Source of the DNA: Lingula anatina
Taxonomy: Eukaryota; Animalia; Brachiopoda
NCBI GenBank assembly: GCA_051362555.1
Contig: CM120642.1
Span: forward strand, 1,426,001-1,490,000
Direction of reading: 5' to 3'
Length of the DNA: 64,000 nucleotides
The notes beneath the pieces were generated by a model. The model worked only from the letters and a program-made list of their open reading frames with translations. It did not search any database and was not told the origin of the DNA. The position numbers and the translations under genes are program-made. Below, one piece after another: positions 37,501 through 47,688 of this stretch; the stretch's first letter is position 1, and the number at the start of each line of letters is the position of its first letter.

Positions 37501-40028
37501 TGCAGCTCAGTTTGACAGCTAAGCACGCTCTGTTCTCCAGTGGCTCGATTGTCGTCATTGGACCACGTGACCACGTAGCTCATTAACTCCCAGGCCGAGC
37601 AAATAGGACGTTTTTTAAAGCCAAAAATTTACAAAATGAGCTTTTAATTTGTGTATTTGGATAAAGATATCGTTAGTTGGGCATGTTTTCTGAAGAATAT
37701 GTTCCGTTCAGGCCATTCTGACGGCATGAAGCAAACCCTTTAAAGTTCTGTTTTTTCCAGATCCTATGCCAGTGGTGGATGTGAGTTTTGTCACGGAGTT
37801 TGAGGATCACATCTTTGTTGCCATGGACGCGGAAGTCATGTTGTTCCTCCACGACCTCGTCACCAGTTATGTCAAAGAGAAGGACAAAGGTGACCTAATA
37901 ACCCAAACAGTTGTTCACACCAATAATAATTGCCCTAAATTAGAGTTCATTGTTGCCAAATACACCACTCTTGTGAGTGCAGAACCCCACCAAAATGTCA
38001 GAAATTTGGCACATGTGATATGTTGATCATATAATTATTAAACAGAAAATGATAATGCTTACATTGTTTAATTCTAGGCTCCAGGGTGTCTGGCTATAAG
38101 ACCCCAAGGTCTCCAGAGACGGAGAAGAAAAAGATCACAGTGACTGATCCTACCAGTGAACTGAAAAAGGACTTCAGAGAGTTCCACTGTAAGACATGGC
38201 ACCTGGAGCCCACTGTGAGGTAGGTTATGTAAGACATGGCACCTGGAGCCTACTGTGAGGTAGGTAATGTAAGACATGGCACCTGGAGCCCACTGTGAGG
38301 TAGGTAATGTAAGACATGACACCTGGAGCCCACTGTGAGGTAGGTAATGTAAGACATGACACCTGGAACCCACTGTGAGGTAGGTAATGTAAGACATGAC
38401 ACCTGGAACCCACTGTGAGGTAGGTAATGTAAGACATGACACCTGGAACCCACTGTGAGGTAGGTAATGTAAGACATGACACCTGGAGCCCACTGTGAGG
38501 TAGGTAATGTAAGACATGACACCTGGAACCCACTGTGAGGTAGGTAATGTAAGACATGGCACCTGGAGCCCACTGTGAGGTAGGTAATGTAAGACATGAC
38601 ACCTGGAGCCCACTGTGAGGTAGGTAATGTAAGACATGGCACCTGGAACCCACTGTAAGGTAGGTAATGTAAGACATGACACCTGGAACCCACTGTGAGG
38701 TAGGTAATGTAAGACATGGCACCTGGAGCCCACTGTGAGGTAGGTAATGTAAGACATGACACCTGGAGCCCACTGTGAGGTAGGTAATGTAAGACATGGC
38801 ACCTGGAACCCACTGTGAGGTAGGTAATGTAAGACATGGCACCTGGAACCCACTGTGAGGTAGGTAATGTAAGACATGACACCTGGAGCCCACTGTGAGG
38901 TAGGTAATGTAAGACATGGCACCTGGAACCCACTGTGAGGTAGGTAATGTAAGACATGACACCTGGAGCCCACTGTGAGGTAGGTAATGTAAGACATGAC
39001 ACCTGGAACCCACTGTGAGGTAGGTAATGTAAGACATGACACCTGGAACCCACTGTGAGGTAGGTAATGTAAGACATGACACCTGGAACCCACTGTGAGG
39101 TAGGTAATGTAAGACATGACACCTGGAGCCCACTGTGAGGTAGGTAATGTAAGACATGACACCTGGAACCCACTGTGAGGTAGGTAATGTAAGACATGAC
39201 ACCTGGAGCCCACTGTGAGGTAGGTAATGTAAGACATGACACCTGGAACCCACTGTGAGGTAGGTAATGTAAGACATGACACCTGGAGCCCACTGTGAGG
39301 TAGGTAATGTAAGACATGACACCTGGAACCCACTGTGAGGTAGGTAATGTAAGACATGACACCTGGAGCCCACTGTGAGGTAGGTAATGTAAGACATGAC
39401 ACCTGGAGCCCACTGTGAGGTAGGTAATGTAAGACATGACACCTGGAACCCACTGTGAGGTAGGTAATGTAAGACATGACACCTGGAACCCACTGTGAGG
39501 TAGGTAATGTAAGACATGACACCTGGAACCCACTGTGAGGTATGGGAATCTATTCAGTTAATATTGATATCACTACCTGCGCCAAGGATGTTATTTTTTT
39601 TACCCTGTTTGTTGTTAGTTAATGCCCTAACTCAAAAGGTTAAGGACAAATTTTGATATAAGTAACAGGTTAGGTCAAAAGTCTTAGGATTGATAATATT
39701 CTGGTAGGGATCAGTTTATTAATTATTAAGACATTTGATAGGGAAAAACATTTTGAAGGGAAAAATTAATTCCTTTTGTTTGACTTAATGAGTAATACCC
39801 ACATTTACTTGCAGACTTTTATCCTGGGCAGGCAGCCAGATAGAGCCTGTGGGTGCCGACAACATCCTGAAGCGTCTTGGTTTCTCTCACGCCCGTACCA
39901 CCATCCCCAAGTGGATGCAGCGTGGCGCCATGGATCCCCTGGACAAGGTACTGGCGGTGCTGGTAGACAAGCTGATCCTGGCGCTCAGAGAGGACGGGAC
40001 TGAGGAACTTAAGGAAGAGACACAGTGA
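331..40028 (+). CDS. BLTP1: Bridge-like lipid transfer protein 1 (KIAA1109/tweek/LPD-3 orthologue), 3' ~45 coding exons; 5' part lies upstream of the window
   Basis: GT-AG exons read by eye with consistent phases: 331-2091, 2436-2550, 2774-2999, 3410-4470, 4784-4964, 5251-7531, 7855-8004, 8298-8391, 8698-8910, 9104-9290, 9544-9633, 9952-10194, 10390-10524, 10771-10879, 11398-11468, 11933-12016, 12215-12385, 12831-12974, 13226-13352, 13717-13863, 14137-14321, 14615-14754, 15086-15209, 15539-15744, 16130-16360, 16516-16722, 17003-17186, 17482-17658, 17966-18065, 18207-18333, 18711-18850, 21830-22042, 22236-22454, 22659-22808, 27308-27541, 28922-29222, 29438-29595, 29931-30132, 30564-30775, 30909-31187, 34518-34694, 34898-35071, 37761-37889, 38078-38219, 39815-40028 (TGA). 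Recognisable BLTP1 motifs: FEHSLTTDLLNHLVFAQKVFMKEINEV, VWLNYKNAYEYW, ACFHGINFRSKSWALF, and C-terminus CKTWHLEPTVRLLSWAG...LGFSHARTTIPKWMQRGAMDPLDKVL. Confidence 0.93.
2102..2155 (+). repeat. poly-T tract (~54 nt) just after an exon donor
   Basis: Directly visible homopolymer. Confidence 0.95.
3410..4470 (+). CDS. BLTP1: BLTP1 large exon
   Basis: ctttcag acceptor, aag|gtgagc donor; ORF 3431..4474 (…GKIHCQLRRL…AIPEHRSKVLF…VWFSFAAPP). Confidence 0.87.
5251..7531 (+). CDS. BLTP1: BLTP1 large exon (2281 bp)
   Basis: atttcag acceptor, a|gtaagt donor; in frame with ORF 5455..7566 (EDLYRWMA, CWRTLYHLLDLY). Confidence 0.87.
12323..12750 (+). repeat. 83-bp tandem repeat (~5.2 copies) made of an exon 3' end plus splice donor
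   Basis: Unit ggctgaactataagaatgcctatgagtattggcatgaacagagaatggctcttaataaagag|gtaatgttatagacctagtct; GT donors at 12386, 12469, 12552, 12635, 12718. Confidence 0.95.
14326..14378 (+). repeat. (GT)n/(GGGT)n microsatellite
   Basis: Directly visible right after the donor at 14322. Confidence 0.9.
18926..21724 (+). mobile_element. Non-autonomous Helentron/HINE (DINE-1-like) element with internal 146-bp tandem array, copy A
   Basis: 15-bp subterminal inverted repeats TATTGTACCACCAGC (18935-18949) / GCTGGTGGTACAATA (21674-21688); 5' hairpin GTACCACCAGCG-TAGG-CGCTGGCGGTAC; GC-rich 18-bp mini-repeat (~18997-19037); 3' hairpin GAGGCG-GTAT-CGCCTC then CTAG-TTT end; no TSD or transposase ORF. Confidence 0.8.
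19945..21500. repeat. 146-bp tandem array (~10-11 units) inside HINE copy A
   Basis: Repeating tctccaaaactggcagagataggtccatag…gtgaccttaaaattgacctttgacctactt at 146-bp period. Confidence 0.93.
23784..27021 (-). mobile_element. Non-autonomous Helentron/HINE element, copy B, inverted relative to copy A
   Basis: Near-identical reverse complement of copy A termini and unique flanks (e.g. aaactagaggatcagagaggcgataccgcctc at 23784; gctggtggtacaataaaccatgaa at ~27000); carries split 146-bp array. Confidence 0.82.
24000..26005. repeat. 146-bp tandem array in HINE copy B (~4.7 + ~7 units, interrupted at ~24690-24972)
   Basis: catggtgaaaagtaggtcaaaggtca recurs at 24281, 24427, etc. Confidence 0.92.
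31974..33584 (-). CDS. UDP-glucuronosyl/UDP-glycosyltransferase (GT1 family), 536 aa, intronless, nested antisense in a BLTP1 intron
   Basis: N-terminal signal peptide; [8 protein letters not shown]; UGT signature [52 protein letters not shown]…YLRS…[10 protein letters not shown]; C-terminal TM helix and terminal KVK ER-retrieval-like motif. Confidence 0.95.
   Translation of the reverse strand: [536 protein letters not shown]
35296..37739. mobile_element. Degenerate TTAA-flanked DNA transposon (Kolobok-like), ~2.44 kb
   Basis: TTAA at 35292-35295 and 37740-37743; AGG…CCT termini with imperfect TIR (AGGACAATGTTCATG / AGGGTTTGCTTCATG); subterminal inverted repeat GGTCACGTGGT-N4-TGACGACAATC at ~35478-35503 and ~37547-37572; THAP-like start MPRCVAVG at ~35598 followed by stops. 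Confidence 0.55.
38188..39542 (+). repeat. 40-bp minisatellite (~34 copies) built from the penultimate BLTP1 exon end plus donor
   Basis: Unit tgtaagacatg(g/a)cacctgga(g/a)cccactgtgag|gtaggtaa; first unit is coding (CKTWHLEPTVR); GT at 38220 + 40n up to 39540. Confidence 0.97.
39815..40028 (+). CDS. BLTP1: BLTP1 terminal coding exon
   Basis: ttgcag acceptor; LLSWAGSQIEPVGADNILKRLGFSHARTTIPKWMQRGAMDPLDKVLAVLVDKL…ETQ*; conserved BLTP1 C-terminus. Confidence 0.9.
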
Positions 40029-43000
40029 AAGAAATTAAGGAAGAGACACAGTGAGAAACTAAAGGAATAGACACATTAAGGAGAAAAGTGCATAGGAAGT
40101 TAAGTTGACCCTGGCTCTCAGAGGAGGGAAGATAGGAATTTTAAGGAAGAGACACAATAAAGAGGAAGGAACTGGGAAAATTAGGGAAAACTGGTGAAGA
40201 AGAATGCATGGAGGAAAAAACAGCAAAGCAGGTGGTGCAGATGTATAAAAAAAAATGTAAGGTGTACCTATGGGGTACATCAGGGACATGTAGGGTACCA
40301 TGCCCTGGGTACCAATTGAAGGATCACCCACTGAGAGGTTGTCATTTGCCATTTATGCCAAATAGTTCCTTATGGGAATGTCTAGAACACTATTTCAGTG
40401 CATGCTATGGTGCTATTATTTGTTGAAACTAGAACATTCCTGGACACAAGATGGCGTATATGACGTGTCATGGAGGTCAACTCTTCCTCACTGGTGACCT
40501 TGTCCTTATTGTGACCTTGCCTAGGACACTTTACTCACACATTGAAAATAGGAGATAAAAAATCTTAATACATATTGGTAGTTTAAAAATTAATAATGAA
40601 AAAAAATTAGTTGAAAGTAGCATGAAAATTGCTTTATAGCAAAAGCATGGTGTGTGTTTTTTATTGTTTCAGTTATCAAACGTTGATTGATAAAAGTTCT
40701 CTTATGAAGTAAGTTCCCATTTATTTTTATATTTTATTTCATTTCATTGTGAGTAGCATAAAATGCATAATTATAGTGTAATGTTATTTTATCTAGTAAC
40801 ATTATTTGCTGAAGGCCTACCTTTAGTTTCACTTTCATATGGATAAAGAATCTTTAAAACTGTTCAGTGAGCTTTGGAATGATCAGCGATCCGTTCATTC
40901 TAGTCCCGGGTTTATGGATAGTGGGAATAAAAGAGAATGTGTGAGTGGCTATCCCTTCCCCACCCAGCCCTACCTTTTAGCTTCTCCTTCCTTTGAAATG
41001 TTTTAACCTGCAAACCTAGGGTAAAAAAAAAAAAGATCAAACATAGTGCAACCCCCCCCCCCTCTCTGTGGCAGAATCCCAGGTCTTCACATTAGAAAAG
41101 CTCCACATTTGGAGCATCCATACTGAGGGGTTAAGTTACCCAGCTACTGGTGTACTGATAGGGTAAATTTGTCAAGCCGCCGAGAATATAATTAAAATTT
41201 AGTGGCAATACAATTATTGGATTTTATAAAGCATCTTTTTTTTACTTGAAACTCTTGCTTTAAATGTCCAGTTAACAAATATTATTAGGCATGTAAAAAG
41301 TGTACATGAATTTGTGTAAAGATTGTCTGATTGTCACGCTGTTTATGTCTTGGTGCTTAGATTTCTATTATTACATCAGGATCTGTTTGATGTAAAATTA
41401 TAGATAAGGTTTTTAATTTCATTGTCTGCTATTCTTTGCTGAATTTTTTTCAAGTCTGATGGAAATGCATTTTAATGCTTAGAAGTACTTTTTGTATGCA
41501 TTTGGATAGCATTTTGATTAATGAATATAATGTTGTTAGTAAACATATCTTGTAAAAAATTATATCATTGTCTTGTACAGAAACAGGTGTATATTTTCTT
41601 AGTTTTATCAAGCATTTTTATTAACTCAGTTATTGTGGAGTCATTGTTATTAAAACATATATAAATCTGTCTATTAATTATATGGTCAGTCTAGTGATAT
41701 GTATTTATTGATTAAAATGCAAAATCTTATAGAAATATCACCAAATATGTCCACATTCTGGTATGTGTTAGAGTATAGAATGATAGTTTATTGTGATATT
41801 TTGTTGGTGAATAATAGTAACAAGTTGAACCCAATATTTTCTCTTTTTGCTCAGGAAATATGTTAAAATTCAACAAACTGTAACAGTGATAGCAATATTG
41901 ATGTATGTGAGCCACTTTGAGGTATTGTTTCATTCAATACAGCGAAAAGTAGAAAGAAGCTTCATTAAAATTGGATATGAAACGCTTTCAAGTTTTCTAG
42001 CATAATGAGTATGCTTGTGATGTTCTAATTTACGAAGCATTGATTTTTTTTTTTTTTTTTTTTTTTTGTAACCTTGAAATAGATGTATGATGATAATGGT
42101 ATTATTATTATTATTATAAGACAAGTTCATTCTCAGTTGCTCAATTAATAAATGTAGAGAGTGCACTTTATTCTTGAAATGTCATCGATGTTGTTCTTAT
42201 TGTGATATACATTATGACATAATATATTGTATTCAAATATTCAATAAATATTAATAATAATTACTGTATCACAGCTGTGTCTTCATTAAACCATGGCACT
42301 TAAAAACTTATAAACCAATTGAAATTTGAATAAATAATAATCCAGCAATACCGTTCTTTCACGATCGTGCGTTGACGGTCCCCGTTTTTCTTCCACAAAG
42401 TTTCAAACCATCCTTCCTTGTTGATATCAATATAGTCGAGCAAAAAGGACAAAGTGTACATATTTTGCAAAACTACTTTTTTATCCGCAATTCTGACCTT
42501 AGAAAGATAAAATCCCTTAAATCATATCTTTTCAAATGTCAGTTCCACGGACGGCAGTCCAAATGAATCCAGATCCGTTAAGATCTAATGGTAAGTTCAT
42601 AAATGGAAATTATCAAACACAAGCCGAAAAACGTTCATACTGTTAGCATAGATCTACGTTTGCTTATTTACTGGTAAGTTGTTTAAATAGAAATGGTACA
42701 AAATATCGTAGTGCAGGGACGGGTTGATCAGTGGTATCAGGGTAACTGCAAACAGCTATAAAATATTAGTGTCGGCGCTAAAATCCAATAGCTGCAAGTT
42801 CATGCAGACAAAACCATGAGAACGGAGCTGGTAGTGAATTGATGAATGCTGTAGGAAAGCCCAGCTATACACCTGATAACTTTATGTATTCTCTGATATC
42901 TGCCACGTTTGAAAAACAAATCAAACTGTGGTGTTATAGTTCGGGACAGCAAAATTTTCATGTGCAAGCGAACAGTAAACAACGTACATGTACCATTGTT

Positions 43001-43657
43001 ATTTACGCACGTTGTGCGCGTTTATGAGGAGGCAGACCCTTTCATCTCTGGCCGATACCTAACTGCGCTAGAGGGAAGGAAGTCTACATTACTTTGATAA
43101 CGAAGTTAGAGTGGCTATTAATATTCCGATGTGATAAAATTGTTTCAGTGACTTAGAAAAATTGATTGCGAAAAAGCATACTCGCGCTTTTTTTTTTTTT
43201 TTTTTTTTTATTTTTGGCGGGGGTTGGGGGTGGGGTTGAAAAAATGCACTGCGGTTGCAAATGTGTGTTTATTGTACAAGTCGCATAATACAACCAACCG
43301 CATTGGGATGAGAGAGACGAGATGCGAAAAGGTAGATATAGATATCGGCACCTTGGTCGGTATAAATAAATAAACTTCATGGCTTAAGATTCGTTTTAAT
43401 AAATGCAAAGTAATGAGGAAAAAAACAATTTGATTGCATCGGCCTTGTCGGTGTCTTGTCAGAGTATTCGGATTATTTCACGGAGCTATACGAGACAGCG
43501 CAGTAAGCTTTTGTGTGGTTTCCATCTCTCTATGAAAGGACTTTGAAGCGGAAAACATATGACCTACTTATTTTGTTCTGATCTAAATGTTTACCTAATA
43601 CTCTAAGGTTCCGCGTCCACGCAAAGGCCCACAGAGATCCGCGAAGAAGAGGCAAAT

Positions 43658-46609
43658 ATGTCAGCCCATCACATTCTCTTACAGTTGACCTTGTTTTGTT
43701 GTTTTTTCATACCCGAGACATACACAGGTAAGTTAATTACACTAGTTAGGACACAGGTCGCGAACTCAGCTGTCCTCTTCGGTTCAGAAGAGACGCCATT
43801 CGCAGACTACTTGTACAACTGTAGCTATTCGCTGGTTATTAGTCGCAGTTGTTCAGGCTTCGTTTCGTTTGATTTCCATGGGCGTCTCTTTGAGGCACCC
43901 AGAGATACATAAACTACTGGAAATACTCTATTTGATATCAGTGACCTCTGAAACTCAGAGTTATTCCGTTATAAAAGCCATAAACATTACAAATCAAAAA
44001 TCATACAAAAATTCACAAAATTCCTAAAATGATGCCCCTTAGAAAGAAATTAATTAAGAATTACATCAAATTTCATAAATTAGTTGAATGAAGCAAGTGC
44101 AAAGAGTCGCTTTACAGATACGCCAAAGTCGGCACTAAAAAAATAACTTCATTTCTGCTCTGTTCATATAGCAGCGTGCAGGTGCGTTTAGTTCCAACCA
44201 ACCCGGAAGTTATATTCATGAACGTATTATCTCAGAAGAAGGAGAAATATGTTTACCAGTCTAATAATTGAATGTTTACTGAAGCTGACATTATTAGACT
44301 GCCGCCCCTTGATGTTCAAGCACGTTTGAACCTACATGTTGAACGAACTTAAATCATTAAGCAAGTTATTTTGTTACACGCTAAATTATTAAGCAAGTCA
44401 TTTTCTCTTTAAAATCTTGCCCTTGCAGCAAAATAAGCCCCATACCCATTTTACGCATACCACTTCACTGGCGGATCCAAGATAACTTTCTAAATGTAGA
44501 ATAATATAGACGAGGACAATTTCACTTTGTGTATTGCATGTATCTTCCTCACATATTGAGTACACGGAAGGAAATTGCTTGATTTTGTCTCATTTTATTT
44601 TTCACTCCTTTTTTGCGGGGGGGGGGGGGGGGAGGGGAAGGGAGATGTGCTCACAGTCCCCCCACCTCCCGGACCCGTCACCGTACCACTACTATTATTA
44701 CTGCACATGAACTATTTTATACTCCGAACAACTTTTCTGTAAGGATTACTCTCTCCCCCTCTCTCTCGCTCTCTCTTCAACTTTTAAAATTTCTTTTCGT
44801 TTAAAATTCAAATACAAAAAGGCAATATATATATATATAAAGTTGTACATAGTCATTTAGGTTTTACACTTTTGCATATCGCTCTATATTTTCTCTTTTC
44901 ATTTTTTTTTTTCAGATAACTTATGTACAGTTCACTGTAGTTCGTCTTGAATCCAAATTTCTTGGGTCTTGTGGCGATCATTTTATGACTTCCCTGCAGA
45001 ACACATCATCAGGAAACGTTTTGAATAAATGGGGACCCATGTGCGGGAATGATAAACCCCCGGATATTTCCATTCACCCCGGAGAAAAACTTGTCATTAC
45101 TTTTAGTTCAGATTATTATATAACAAGACCAGGTTTCGAATTGGTAGCTTTTTCTACAGGTGAGCTGTACCTGCTTGTGGTCGATTGAAAATCAAACCTA
45201 TTAGCAATCATAACCATCCATATCAATCAGATTGGTAGTTATGATATTGCAAATAGTATAGCAGTGCCAATTATGTTATGTAAACCGCGATATTAAAGGG
45301 ATAATAACTCTTCGCTTTGGCCAAAAAATGAATTTTCCTGGAGTAAACAACAATTTTTCCATACTTACCAATGGTTAATGAATCCATTTTTACCTTCAAA
45401 GTTAGTCCCTGTTTTTTTCTAAAAAAGTTTTTTTTTTTTGTTGTTGTTATAATCTCTTAACAGACTGTTAAGAGATTTTAACAGAGTATAGCCATCAATG
45501 GAGGTCACGTGGTCTAAAGACAGCTCAGATATCAGAATAATAGCTATAACTGCCGTTTTTGTGGTAAAACAGAATATATTATATTTCTATGAGTTGTTCA
45601 CAATGTTTTTATTGTTAAATATAGATCTCATACGAAGAGTTATTATCCCTTTAATCAAAGGCGAACATTACAGTCTTTACATATATAATTTGTAATTAAA
45701 CGTGCGTCACGGTATTTAACAATGCAGTAAAGCTATCAAATGTACAGACAAAAAGCACAAAATAATGATGAATAAAATAGGTTATTTTGTCTGTTTTGAT
45801 GCAATTTTCATGAAAAGGAATCATCTATAACGTTACAGATTATAGTAGATTGAAACAATTCTTCAGATAATTGCTTCATGACAGTTTGTTATACTTCTAC
45901 GATTGATACCAATTTTCATTTAATAAATGTAACAAAACTGAACAAATATATTTGTTGGATATAACAATATTAGAAACGACGACTACACTGTATATGTCAA
46001 ACCCATCAAAAAATACATTATAAATTTAAAAAAAATGTTTTTAATAAGTGTTTAGTTGTTCCGATATATACATGTACGAAAAAATAGTAAACCTAAGGAG
46101 GTGCTATCTCTTATTTGTTTTACAGGTTGGTGCAAAATTCCGAAGATAAACATCCGGATGCAAAATTTACCAATTCCCAACATCCATCCGGCGCCGCTTT
46201 TGAGCAGTCCATATACTCCAATGAAATTTGCCTCGAGCAGATGCACGCCACAGAAAGCGGGAACAAAGCTACTGCAGAGTTGCCAACTCCCTGTCAGAAC
46301 CAAGATCGTAGCCACAGCCAAAATATAGACGATTCTTACACAAAAGTTTACAAACCTGCACGTCAGGATCAAGATTCTATTAGCGACAGATATGATGCCT
46401 TATACGAATTAGAGAATTCAACAGTTAAAACTGGAGAAAATGAATATTATTCGATCGTTGAATCTGACACAAACACAGCACAACAAAACCAAACTGCTAC
46501 AGACCCAAGTAATGTCGTAATGGTAGAGAACGACATATATGATAGAGGGGTCGACGACGATTATACTATGAGCACCACACTGGTTGAAAATGACTTGTAC
46601 AATGCCTAA
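43658..46609 (+). CDS. Putative CUB-domain protein with tyrosine-motif C-terminal tail; incomplete exon set (possibly pseudogene)
   Basis: Signal-peptide exon 43658-43727 (MSAHHILLQLTLFCCFFIPETYTG|gtaagt); CUB-like exon 44916-45160 (C..D…GPMCG…LVITFSSDYYITRPGFEL); terminal exon 46127-46609 with SIYSNEI, YDALYEL, EYYSIV, VENDIYD, VENDLYNA. Exon phases do not join directly. Confidence 0.5.
45297..45650. mobile_element. 354-bp MITE with TTAA target-site duplication (Kolobok/piggyBac-type ends)
   Basis: Perfect 18-bp TIR AGGGATAATAACTCTTCG / CGAAGAGTTATTATCCCT, TTAA both sides (45293-96, 45651-54); central 13-bp perfect palindrome at 45451-45477. Confidence 0.85.
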
Positions 46610-47688
46610 GACCGAGTTGTGAATAAATGAGTGAAGTGCTATTTGATTGTCCTGTTCATATTAAAAAAAAAAACTTTCACCTTCAATTGTAGTTAAGTAA
46701 GAGAAGTCTTATTGCAGTCTGCAGGTTTATAAAATCATGAGAAGTGACACAAAATCTTGTTAGGATATTCATTTAAAAAGCAAGTTGAAAAACCAATAGA
46801 TATTTGAGTAAAAGAAGGATGCGCAACCATTTATCAAAATCGAAAAACGCTTGTAACAAAAATGCCTTACAATTTGTTCAATTTTTTAGAATATACTCAA
46901 TTGTGCACTTGTACAGTTATTATTTTCTTTTTCAAAGGTTTTTGCATTTACAGCTTTAGTAGTGTGTGTACTTGTGATTAACACCCAATCTAAACAGACA
47001 CATTGTGCAAGTTGGGTCAGTCCAACTCTGTCAGGGTTTCTTGCTAAGTGTAACCAGTGGATTCAGCTGAATTGTCTGACATGCCAACTGGAGCAACTAC
47101 TGGGAAGTAACCCTGATACAAGTACCCTCTAGCTGATTGAGGAAGCATGTCATTCGCTTCAGCTGATTGCACTAAGGTAGAGCCCACATGGAATTGGACA
47201 AACCTAATTAGTATGGTTCATCTAAATGCTCGCTAAAACAATCATTACTGCATTCCACACTAACTTTTATTTTTTAGAATATATATGATTAATATTATTT
47301 TACCAGAAAATTTGAAACAGTTCATTTAATTAAATACACTGTTACTTAAAAACGAATTTTAGTTTTAATAACTGGGACAGTGATGCATACGAAGAACTAA
47401 TGGATGTAACACTATTATAATTTATGACATTGTACTTCTACAATGAAATATAATTTGACCTTACAATGCAGCAACTGTACATTCAAAGTAAATGTTTTTT
47501 GTTTCCTGATTACAGGGATATACTCAGTGGTATCACAGAAAAGGATTGATTCTTTTCACATTTAACAATACTTTGTATTATGATATTAAATACATGTATA
47601 TCCTGAACACAATAAATCACCCTTTACTTAATTTACACCAAATTACAAGTCTATAAAAACACATTTGCACCATATTCAAGTTCCACTT

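Noticed and set aside
38074-39533. Three overlapping 427-482 aa ORFs on the minus strand
   Set aside because: Artefact of a 40-bp unit whose reverse complement lacks stops in all frames; purely repetitive translation, no homology-like features.
38188-39542. CRISPR-like regular array
   Set aside because: No unique spacers, no cas genes, eukaryotic intron; it is a head-to-tail minisatellite.
40029-42260. BLTP1 3' UTR end / polyadenylation site
   Set aside because: Several AATAAA hexamers (e.g. ~40926, ~42243) in AT-rich DNA; cannot choose without transcript data.
45498-45695. Hydrophobic ORF as the missing TM exon of the CUB gene
   Set aside because: Lies within a MITE, and the phase-compatible frame after the nearby AG hits a stop.
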